Source: Alphaproteobacteria bacterium
Lineage (GTDB): Bacteria > Pseudomonadota > Alphaproteobacteria > JANQMY01
Assembly (NCBI GenBank): GCA_965228775.1
Contig: OZ245840.1
Location: forward strand, 2,760,434-2,824,433
DNA length: 64,000 bases
Reading direction: 5' to 3'
The position numbers and the translations under genes were made by a program. Each line of letters begins with the position of its first letter. Positions within the stretch are counted from its first letter, which is position 1. Positions 17,765 through 25,989 of the stretch are shown here, one piece after another. The notes beneath the pieces are model-generated. The model was not told the origin of the DNA. It saw only the letters and a program-made list of their open reading frames with translations, and searched no databases.

Positions 17765-20500
17765 ATGGACCCCGAAGCCCAGGCCAGACTGAAGATAGAC
17801 GAATTGCTCGAAGCGGCTGGTTGGCTCTTGCAGGACCGGCCTGATTTCGATCGTACTGCGGCTTTGGGTGTCGCTGTTCGCGAATTCGCTCTCGGTCAAG
17901 ATCAAGCCGACTATCTGCTTTTCGTAGAGGGCAAAGCCGCTGGCGTTATCGAGGCCAAAAAGGCGGGCATCACCCTCTCAGGTGTCGCCGAGCAATCCGA
18001 TAAATATATGACGCGCCTGCCCGAGCATCTCGCCAAATGGCAGGAATCACTCGTCTTCGATTACGAGAGCACGGGCGAAGAAACCTTGTTCAAGGACATG
18101 CGCGATCCACATCCACGCTCGCGCCGCGTTTTCGCCTTTCATCGCCCGGAAACACTGCTCACATGGCTGAAGGCCGACCAATCTCTACGCACAAAGCTCG
18201 CCCAAATGCCACCGCTTGACCCGACCGGCTTGCGCGATTGCCAAGTCGACGCCATTGAAGGCTTAGAAAAGTCTCTTGCCGAAGCGCGGCCCCGCGCCTT
18301 GATCCAAATGGCAACAGGCGCTGGCAAAACATTTACAGCTTGCTCTTTTTCTTGGCGGCTTCTGAAACATGCTGGCGCAAAACGCATATTGTTTCTGGTC
18401 GACCGCTCTAATCTCGGCCGACAAACCCTCAAAGAATTCCAGGAATTTGAACCAACGGGTGCCGGCCATCTGTTTACAGACATTTACATCACCCAGCTTC
18501 TGCGATCTGCCGGCCTCGATAAAGATGCGAAGGTCGTCATCACCACCATACAGCGCCTCTATTCGATGCTGCGCGGCGAAGAACTAGATGAAACAGTAGA
18601 GGAAAAATCAGGCTTTGAGACATGGGAACAAGAAGACGGCGAAGTCAAACCCGTGCCCTATAACCCAGAAATCCCGATTGAAACTTTTGATGTGATCATC
18701 ACAGATGAATGCCATCGCTCCATCTATGGTCTCTGGCGGCAGGTCCTTGATTATTTTGATGCCTTTATTGTCGGCCTCACCGCGACCCCAACCAAGCACA
18801 CGCTGGGGTTTTTCAACCAAAATCTCGTAGCGGAATATCCTTACGACAGATCGGTGGTCGACAAAGTCAATGTGGGTTTTGAAATTTACCGCATTCGTAC
18901 CCGCGTGGGCGAAAGCGGTGGCGTGATTGATAAGGGCTACCAAGTGCCGGTGCGGGACAAACGCACCCGCACCACCCGCTATCGCGAATTGGACGACGAT
19001 CTTAACTACGCAGCACGGGAACTTGACCGATCCGTCACCGCAAAAAACCAGATCCGCACCGTTCTTGAAGCCTATCGTGCCAGTCTGTTTACAGATCTTT
19101 TTCCGGGCCGCACCGGCGAGTGGGTGCCCAAAACACTGATCTTCGCAAAAGATGATAACCATGCGGAGGAAATTGTCACCTCCGTGCGAGAGGTCTTCGG
19201 CAAAGGAAATGAGTTTGCAAAGAAGATCACCTATAAAACCAGCGAAGATCCTCAAGCGCTGATCAAGGCATTCCGTGTGGATGCCATGCCCCGCATCGCT
19301 GTCACGGTTGATATGATCGCCACAGGCACAGACATTAAGCCCGTCGAAGTTGTTATCTTTATGCGGGATGTGAAATCCGAAGGCTATTTCGAACAAATGA
19401 AAGGGCGGGGTGTGCGCACCATTCGCGATGCGGATTTGGCGCAAGTGACACCCGACGCCAAAACCAAAACCCGTTTCGTGTTGATTGATGCTGTGGGCGT
19501 GACGGAAAGCGCCAAGTCTGCTTCTCAACCCCTAGAGCGCAAACACTACACAGGTTTTGACAAGCTGCTCGAACAAATCGCCCAAGGCAGGCGGGATGAA
19601 GATGCCATATCGTCATTGGCCGGGCGCCTTGCGGCCCTGGATAACAAATTGGACCGCGAAGATCACACCCGCATTACCGAGGCCACAGGCGGCAAAACCT
19701 TGCGTGACCTCGCCAACAGCCTGCTCGATTCCATCGATCCAGACCAAATTGAGGCGAAAGTCGGCCCTGTCGCATCCGAGACTGCACGGAAGGAAGCGGC
19801 AGAACGCCTCCAGGAAGAGGCGTGCAAACCCTTTAACAACCCCGCCACCCGACGCTTGTTGATCGACTTGAAAACCAAAGCCGATATTGTGATTGACGAA
19901 ATCACCACCGATGAAGTTCTCAATGCCAGCTTTGATTTGCGCGAAGCCGAAAAACGCATCACCAGCTTCAAAACCTTCATGGATGAAAATAAGGATGAGC
20001 TGACAGCCCTGCAGATTCTCTACAATCAACCAGTTGGTCGGCAACGATTGACCTACGCCCAATTGAAAGAGCTGGCAGCCCGCTTGTCCGACCCGCCCCA
20101 TTTCTTGACCACAGCAGATGTGTGGCAAGCCTATCGACGGCTGGAAGAAGCCAAAGTGCGCGGGGTGCCCGCCGACAAACTACTGACGGAAATTGTCGCT
20201 TTGGTGCGATTCACCCTGGGGCAAATTGACCTGCTGGAGCCAATTTCCCTTCAAGTGGAACGCCGATTCAATTTATGGATTGGACGACAGAAAAAAGCAG
20301 GTGTGGCCTACACACCGGAACAGATGGAATGGCTCATGCTCATCCGGGATCATATAGCCGCCAATGCGGAAATCGCAGCTGGGGACCTCATGCAAAACCC
20401 CGCCTTTGCGGATCGCGGCGGCGTGGTCAAAGCGCGCGAATTGTTCGGGACGAGCCTAACAAACCTGCTGGATGACCTCACCAAGGCACTGGTCGCGTGA
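17765..20500 (+). CDS. hsdR: Type I restriction enzyme R subunit (HsdR)
   Basis: HsdR-like N-terminus, helicase motif I QMATGAGKT, DEAH box IITDECHRS, and later helicase motifs. The stop overlaps the hsdS start. Confidence 0.85.
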   Translation: MDPEAQARLKIDELLEAAGWLLQDRPDFDRTAALGVAVREFALGQDQADYLLFVEGKAAGVIEAKKAGITLSGVAEQSDKYMTRLPEHLAKWQESLVFDYESTGEETLFKDMRDPHPRSRRVFAFHRPETLLTWLKADQSLRTKLAQMPPLDPTGLRDCQVDAIEGLEKSLAEARPRALIQMATGAGKTFTACSFSWRLLKHAGAKRILFLVDRSNLGRQTLKEFQEFEPTGAGHLFTDIYITQLLRSAGLDKDAKVVITTIQRLYSMLRGEELDETVEEKSGFETWEQEDGEVKPVPYNPEIPIETFDVIITDECHRSIYGLWRQVLDYFDAFIVGLTATPTKHTLGFFNQNLVAEYPYDRSVVDKVNVGFEIYRIRTRVGESGGVIDKGYQVPVRDKRTRTTRYRELDDDLNYAARELDRSVTAKNQIRTVLEAYRASLFTDLFPGRTGEWVPKTLIFAKDDNHAEEIVTSVREVFGKGNEFAKKITYKTSEDPQALIKAFRVDAMPRIAVTVDMIATGTDIKPVEVVIFMRDVKSEGYFEQMKGRGVRTIRDADLAQVTPDAKTKTRFVLIDAVGVTESAKSASQPLERKHYTGFDKLLEQIAQGRRDEDAISSLAGRLAALDNKLDREDHTRITEATGGKTLRDLANSLLDSIDPDQIEAKVGPVASETARKEAAERLQEEACKPFNNPATRRLLIDLKTKADIVIDEITTDEVLNASFDLREAEKRITSFKTFMDENKDELTALQILYNQPVGRQRLTYAQLKELAARLSDPPHFLTTADVWQAYRRLEEAKVRGVPADKLLTEIVALVRFTLGQIDLLEPISLQVERRFNLWIGRQKKAGVAYTPEQMEWLMLIRDHIAANAEIAAGDLMQNPAFADRGGVVKARELFGTSLTNLLDDLTKALVA

Positions 20501-22083
20501 GTGAGGCAAGCACGACACTTCCCATTGAGTTTTCTGAATCAGTAGTTTCACAAGAAACCACACCCGTCGGCTGGACTACAGCCAATTTAGGAGAAGTCGG
20601 CGTTTGGACTGGTGGCGGCACACCGAGCAAACGTAACGACGCCTTCTGGATCAACGGCAAAATCCCATGGATCTCCCCGAAAGACATGAAGTCCTTTGAG
20701 ATCTCACGCAGTCAAGATTTTATAACTGGCGAGGCGATTGAAAAATCATCGGCCAAGCTAATCAAGGCAAGTTCCGTTTTGATGGTAACGAGATCGGGAA
20801 TCTTGCAACACACCTTTCCTGTAGGAGTGAATAGTATCGAGGTCGCGGTCAATCAGGATTTAAAGGCAATCACTCCTCACACCGGCATAAATGAGAAGTA
20901 CGTTGCGTGGTACCTAGTTGCCAACAACAATAAAATACTCGCCAACTGTTCTAAAGACGGCACTACCGTACAGAGCGTCGACACAGATCAGCTTAAGTCT
21001 CTTCAAATACCAATAGCTCCGCATAAAGAACAAAATCGCATCGTTTCGAAGATCGACGAACTCTTCAGCGACATCGAAGCCGGAGAGCGGGCATTGGCGC
21101 GGGCGCGGGTTGCGTTGGAACGCTATCGCAAATCTGTCTTGAAAGCAGCTGTAATCGGCGAACTCACCAAAGACTGGCGTGAGGCAAACAAAAACAAGCT
21201 GGAACCCGCCGACAAATTGCTCGAACGCATTCTTGCTGCCCGCCGCACCGCTTGGGAAGAAGCCGAACTGGCCAAAATGAAAGCCAAAGGCAAAACACCC
21301 AAAGACGATAAATGGAAGAAGAAATACAAGCCACCCGAAGATCCTGTATTTAGCTTTCTCAGGATCGTTCCGAATGAATGGGCAGCCGGACGAATTGACC
21401 TATTCGGAGAGGTCCAACTCGGTCGTCAACGAGCACCAAAACACCACACTGGTGATCACATGCGTCCCTACCTTCGTGTTGCAAATGTCTTTGAAGAGAG
21501 AATTGACACGAGCGATGTGAAAGAAATGAACTTCACTCCTAAAGAGTATGAAAACTATAAACTCCATAGAGGTGACATTTTGTTGAACGAAGGGCAAAGC
21601 GCTGAATTGGTTGGACGCCCAGCGATCTACAATGATGAGGTACCTGGCGCCTGTTTTACCAACACGCTCGTCCGCTACAGAGTATTTGAAAATCTGACCG
21701 TCGACTTCGCAATGCTCCTGTTTCGGCATTTTATGCACTCGGGTCATTTTACAAAAATCGCAAGAATTACCACAAACATCGCACACCTTGGTACAGACAG
21801 ATTCGCCTCCATGAAGATTCCATGTCCATCAGCACCTGAACAGTTAGAAATTGTTTCGCGGGCAACTGAAGCATTTAGCAAAACCAATCACATCGAAGCA
21901 GCACTCGATAAACAAGAACGCAAGTCCAAGGCGCTTCGTCAATCCATTTTGAAATCGGCCTTTGAAGGACGCCTCGTTCCCCAAGACATCAGTGATGAAC
22001 CAGCCAGCGTTCTTCTAGAACGTCTAAAACAGAACGCAAAACCCATTACAAAGAACAAGAAGAAAAGAAAGAACACCAAGTGA
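20497..22083 (+). CDS. hsdS: Type I restriction-modification specificity subunit (HsdS), two target-recognition domains
   Basis: AT-rich gene with two TRD-like halves separated and followed by conserved coiled-coil repeats (LERYRKSVLKAAVIGELT... / LRQSILKSAFEGRLV). Overlaps both neighbours by 4 nt. Confidence 0.8.
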   Translation: MSEASTTLPIEFSESVVSQETTPVGWTTANLGEVGVWTGGGTPSKRNDAFWINGKIPWISPKDMKSFEISRSQDFITGEAIEKSSAKLIKASSVLMVTRSGILQHTFPVGVNSIEVAVNQDLKAITPHTGINEKYVAWYLVANNNKILANCSKDGTTVQSVDTDQLKSLQIPIAPHKEQNRIVSKIDELFSDIEAGERALARARVALERYRKSVLKAAVIGELTKDWREANKNKLEPADKLLERILAARRTAWEEAELAKMKAKGKTPKDDKWKKKYKPPEDPVFSFLRIVPNEWAAGRIDLFGEVQLGRQRAPKHHTGDHMRPYLRVANVFEERIDTSDVKEMNFTPKEYENYKLHRGDILLNEGQSAELVGRPAIYNDEVPGACFTNTLVRYRVFENLTVDFAMLLFRHFMHSGHFTKIARITTNIAHLGTDRFASMKIPCPSAPEQLEIVSRATEAFSKTNHIEAALDKQERKSKALRQSILKSAFEGRLVPQDISDEPASVLLERLKQNAKPITKNKKKRKNTK

Positions 22084-23525
22084 CCCGACACGATGATCTT
22101 GTTGCCAAGGTTTGGAACTATGCCCATGTGCTGCGGGACCAAGGTGTGTCTTATGGGGATTATGTAGAGCAGATCACCTATCTGCTGTTCCTAAAAATGG
22201 ATCAGGAGCGAGATGAATATCTCGGCGAACCTTCCGAAATTCCAGCAAAGTACCGATGGGCCGAATTGGCAGCCCTGGACGGGGAAGAGCTGGAAGCCAC
22301 CTATCGCAAAGCGCTTGAAACACTCGCAAAATCTGGCGGACTAATCGGCACACTGTTTAAGGGCGCGCAGAACAAATTGTCCGACCCGGCAAAACTGAAA
22401 CGCGTTGTCTCTCTCATCGACAAAGAAACATGGATTGGCCTGGATGTGGACACGAAAGGCGAAATCTATGAGGGGCTGTTGGAACGCAATGCGTCGGAGG
22501 TGAAGTCCGGCGCTGGGCAATATTTCACACCACGCCCGATCATCGACGCGGCGGTGCGCTGCATCGACCCGAAAATTAGCGAAACAGTGCATGACCCTGC
22601 CTGCGGTACGGGCGGCTTTTTGTTGGCGGCTTATGAACACATGAAACCGCAGGTGCAGGCCGACCGCAGCTTGGTCAAACAACTGCGCGAGGAAACCTTT
22701 ACCGGCGCCGATATCGTGCCGGAAGTGGTGCGCCTTGCCGCCATGAACCTGTACCTTCACGGCATCGGTAATGGCGCGAGCCCCATTGAGCGGCGGGATG
22801 CGTTGTCCGAAGCCTATGGCCGCTATGACCTGATCCTCACCAATCCGCCGTTCGGCAAGAAGTCGAGCTACAAGGTCATCGGCGAAGGCGGCGAAGTGAC
22901 GACCGAGCAAGAGACCTATGAGCGCGACGATTTCAAATACACAACGTCGAACAAGCAACTTAACTTTTTGCAGCACATCATGACCATTCTAAATGTGAAT
23001 GGCCGGGCAGCCGTGGTGCTGCCCGACAATGTGTTGTTCGAAGCAGGGAACGCGGGCGAGGGCATTCGCAAGCGCTTGCTGCAGCAATTTGACTTTCACA
23101 CCTTGCTGCGGCTGCCCACCGGCATTTTTTACAAACAGGGCGTCAAAGCGAATGTCTTGTTTTTCGACAAACGCCTGGCCAGCGAAACGCCGTGGACAAA
23201 AGCCTTGTGGATTTATGATTTCCGTACGAATAAACGATTCACGCTGAAAAAGAACACTCTGGGCAAAGCGGATATGGAAGATTTCGTGACCTGCTATCAG
23301 CCTGGCAATATCGGGAAGCGCAAAGAGACGGAACGGTTTCGGTGTTTTTCTTACGAAAACCTCGTCGCGCGGGACAAAACCAATCTGGATATTTTCTGGC
23401 TAAAGGATGATGACCTAGAAGATGTGGACAGCCTGCCACCGCCGGAAGACCTGGCTGCCGAAATCGTGGAAAACCTCCAAGAGGCGCTGGCACACTTCCA
23501 AGAGGTGGCGGACGAGCTGGCCTGA
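22080..23525 (+). CDS. hsdM: Type I restriction-modification DNA methyltransferase (HsdM), N6-adenine
   Basis: HsdM N-terminal domain (YAHVLRDQGVSYGDYVEQITYLLFLKM), SAM motif DPACGTGGFL and catalytic NPPFG. Confidence 0.85.
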   Translation: MTRHDDLVAKVWNYAHVLRDQGVSYGDYVEQITYLLFLKMDQERDEYLGEPSEIPAKYRWAELAALDGEELEATYRKALETLAKSGGLIGTLFKGAQNKLSDPAKLKRVVSLIDKETWIGLDVDTKGEIYEGLLERNASEVKSGAGQYFTPRPIIDAAVRCIDPKISETVHDPACGTGGFLLAAYEHMKPQVQADRSLVKQLREETFTGADIVPEVVRLAAMNLYLHGIGNGASPIERRDALSEAYGRYDLILTNPPFGKKSSYKVIGEGGEVTTEQETYERDDFKYTTSNKQLNFLQHIMTILNVNGRAAVVLPDNVLFEAGNAGEGIRKRLLQQFDFHTLLRLPTGIFYKQGVKANVLFFDKRLASETPWTKALWIYDFRTNKRFTLKKNTLGKADMEDFVTCYQPGNIGKRKETERFRCFSYENLVARDKTNLDIFWLKDDDLEDVDSLPPPEDLAAEIVENLQEALAHFQEVADELA

Positions 23526-23870
23526 CCAAACAATGCCGTGGGCCGTTTACACTCAAATGTGATATAAGGTTGGTTTAAGAGGCGAGGCGGCCAGTACCGA
23601 CTTTGGGGGGCCGCTGTTTGAGATGTGAATAGGTTGGTTGAAGCGCTCTTGTCAGGCGAACGCATGCGTTCAGCTTCGCCTTGACAGGGGTAGTTGATCC
23701 CAAAAATTGGATGAACCCCATGCGCCCATGCTCACGCCCATAGATGAGGCGAAGCGGGCACCACCGATTCCCCGGTGACGGGTGCGGATGATTTTTCCAA
23801 AGGCGCCAGATTTCCGCCCGCCGAATCGGCCTAAGCTTCGGCCTTCATCTTAGGAAAAGGGGTCTTTGCC

Positions 23871-24431
23871 ATGCCGATCACGCGCCTGCTTGTGCCCACC
23901 TATGTGCAAATGCTGACGGCCCTGTCGGCCTGGCTTAATAAGGCGGGCGCGACATTTGCCCCGTCGGAGGCCTTCCTGTCGGAACGGCTGGCGGCGGACA
24001 TGTTTCCGCTTTCCACACAGGTGCGTTTCGCGTGCTTTCAAGCGCAAGAGGCCATCTACCGCCTTCGAGGGGAGGCGGTGCCGGAAGCGGTCATGGCCAT
24101 TGCCGTGGAAGGGCAAAATGCGGGCGAGGCGCCGGGCACGCTTGCGGATGCTCAAACGCGGGTGCGGGAAACCTTGGCGTTTCTCGAAACGCTTCCCGGG
24201 AATGCGCTTGACGACGGTGGCGGCCGGGCCATCGCCCTTGATCTGCCCACGGGCATGATCTTCGACATGACGGGCGACCAATATGTGCGGGATTGGGCAC
24301 TGCCGCAGTTTTACTTTCACCTCAATGCGGCCTACGCAATCTTGCGGCAGCAAGGGGTGGCCTTGGGCAAGGCCGATTATGTGCAGCACGCAGTGGCGTA
24401 TCTGCGGCCCAGCACCATGCCCGGCGGATGA
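23871..24431 (+). CDS. DUF1993-family protein
   Basis: 186 aa. Pattern (PTYVQMLTALSAWLNKA...FYFHLNAAYAILRQQGVALGKADY) matches DUF1993 proteins as I recall them. Confidence 0.5.
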   Translation: MPITRLLVPTYVQMLTALSAWLNKAGATFAPSEAFLSERLAADMFPLSTQVRFACFQAQEAIYRLRGEAVPEAVMAIAVEGQNAGEAPGTLADAQTRVRETLAFLETLPGNALDDGGGRAIALDLPTGMIFDMTGDQYVRDWALPQFYFHLNAAYAILRQQGVALGKADYVQHAVAYLRPSTMPGG

Positions 24432-24449
24432 CGGCAGTAGTTAAGCGTT

Positions 24450-24692
24450 CTAGCGACGGATGAGGCCGATCACGAACAGCACGATCACCGCGCCCACTGT
24501 GGCGCCGATGATGGAGCCGATAATGCCAAGGCCCGCGGTGATGCCGATCAGGTCGAACACCCAGCCGCCCACAAACGCGCCGACAATGCCCACAACGACA
24601 TTGCCAACCAGGCCGAAGCCCCCGCCCTTGACGATGTTGCCCGCAAGCCACCCGGCGATGCCGCCAATAAGAAGCCAAACGATCAGACTCAT
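24450..24692 (-). CDS. GlsB/YeaQ/YmgE-family stress-response membrane protein
   Basis: 80 aa with the glycine-zipper-rich TM pattern LLIGGIAGWLAG...GLVGNVVVGIVGAFVGGW typical of this family. Confidence 0.7.
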   Translation of the reverse strand: MSLIVWLLIGGIAGWLAGNIVKGGGFGLVGNVVVGIVGAFVGGWVFDLIGITAGLGIIGSIIGATVGAVIVLFVIGLIRR

Positions 24693-24803
24693 GGCCCTGT
24701 TCCTTCCGGTCGGTTGATCCGATGCGGGCGACTTTAGAAAGGCGGGATTAACACCTCATTAACGATGTGCGGGCGATCGGCGGGGCGCAGATGGCAAAGC
24801 GGC

Positions 24804-24938
24804 TCAGCGCGCGTTCGTTGACAAGAACACCAGCACGCCGATTTCCACCAGGTCCGAAAACCCGGGAACGAAAAGCAACGCCAGCGGCAGAGCAACGGTG
24901 ATGCCGGCACAGAGATAGAGATAGTTCTTAGTGGTCAT
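24804..24938 (-). CDS. Possible 44-aa small membrane peptide (MTTKNYLYLCAGITVALPLALLFVPGFSDLVEIGVLVFLSTNAR)
   Basis: Hand-translated; below the ORF-track length cutoff. Hydrophobic, co-oriented with neighbours. Confidence 0.25.
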   Translation of the reverse strand: MTTKNYLYLCAGITVALPLALLFVPGFSDLVEIGVLVFLSTNAR

Positions 24939-24962
24939 CGGTCTGTTTCCTCGTTATCGCCG

Positions 24963-25496
24963 TTACCGGGGGGCCATTTCGAAAATCCAGGTTTCGCCTT
25001 CGGCCACGGATTTTTCGATTTCCGCGATAGCACCGGGCGTGGCACCGCCTGCATATTTCTGCGCAAGCTTGGCCGCGACACCGGCGATGACCGCCGGGTC
25101 GGTCACGCGGATCAGCCGCCGCTCGTAGCGGATGCCTTCAATGCGCGCGACGGCCAGGCCGTCGCCCGCTTCCGCCTGAAAGGCCCAGTCTTTCCAGAGG
25201 CGGCCGAGGAAGGATTTCATGTAGCCCGACGGCACATAGACCTTGCCGCCGCTTTCCATGATGAAAATCCGGCGCGACGCCAGCGGGTCTTCCAACTGCA
25301 ATTCGATGGTGACGATATCGTCGGTGAAGCGCCAATCGGGCTCCGGGCCTGTGTACAAGTCGCCCGACACCAGCTTGCCGCCGGGAAAGAGAATGGATGG
25401 ACCATCGGCATTGGCATTTTCCAGGCGCAGCGTCGCGAAGGCCACCGCCGGGATCAGTACCAAAAGGCCCAAGATTTGAAGTATGACACGTATCAC
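24963..25496 (-). CDS. Hypothetical membrane-anchored protein (signal-anchor plus periplasmic domain), GTG start
   Basis: GGGGAGGG 6 nt upstream of the GTG at 25494-25496 (VIRVILQILGLLVLIPAVAF...). The longer 231-aa track ORF has no ribosome-binding site. A truncated paralogous 5' end is found at 30229-30306. Confidence 0.5.
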   Translation of the reverse strand: MIRVILQILGLLVLIPAVAFATLRLENANADGPSILFPGGKLVSGDLYTGPEPDWRFTDDIVTIELQLEDPLASRRIFIMESGGKVYVPSGYMKSFLGRLWKDWAFQAEAGDGLAVARIEGIRYERRLIRVTDPAVIAGVAAKLAQKYAGGATPGAIAEIEKSVAEGETWIFEMAPR

Positions 25497-25684
25497 CTGT
25501 TCGCCCTCCCCTGTTTTGCTGAAGCGTAGCGTTAATGGCGGATGTCGTCGATTGAAAGTTGAGGCGGCGCTACGTCGAAGACACGCGCAAATTCGCCGGT
25601 TTCCTGCAAAATCCGAGCGGGCTGGGGCGTAGTGCCGGTGAAGGATTGGGCCGGGCAAGCGCTTTGTGATAATAGGTCAGCGTT

Positions 25685-25957
25685 ATGAGCTATGATGTGG
25701 GTCCGGGCGATTTGGTACTGTGCGTGAATGTGGCGCCGAACCACATGACGGGCGAGCCCGTGCCTTTGGTCGCGGGAGAAACCTACCGGGTCTTGGATGT
25801 CTTCCCCTTCGCGTGCCCATGCGGCCGGTCCGACGCGCTGCTGGATGTGGGCGTCGACTTCGCCTGGTGCCAGACGCGCTTCCGGCTTCTGCCAAAGCCC
25901 CGGGCCGAGTCCAAGCCACGCCGCGTCTCGGCGCCAAAAGAAACCGAAAAAGTGTGA
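25685..25957 (+). CDS. Hypothetical small protein (90 aa)
   Basis: The only support is GC-rich third-position bias; the ribosome-binding site is weak. Confidence 0.3.
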   Translation: MSYDVGPGDLVLCVNVAPNHMTGEPVPLVAGETYRVLDVFPFACPCGRSDALLDVGVDFAWCQTRFRLLPKPRAESKPRRVSAPKETEKV

Positions 25958-25989
25958 CGGCCAGCCGGTAGGGGCTGTGTTCCCAAGCC

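Noticed and set aside
23560-23870. Possible tRNA or ncRNA in the 350-bp gap after hsdM
   Set aside because: Only an imperfect hairpin (CTTGTCAGGCGAA...TTCGCCTTGACAGG) is present; no cloverleaf could be folded. It probably contains the hsdM terminator and the DUF1993 gene promoter.
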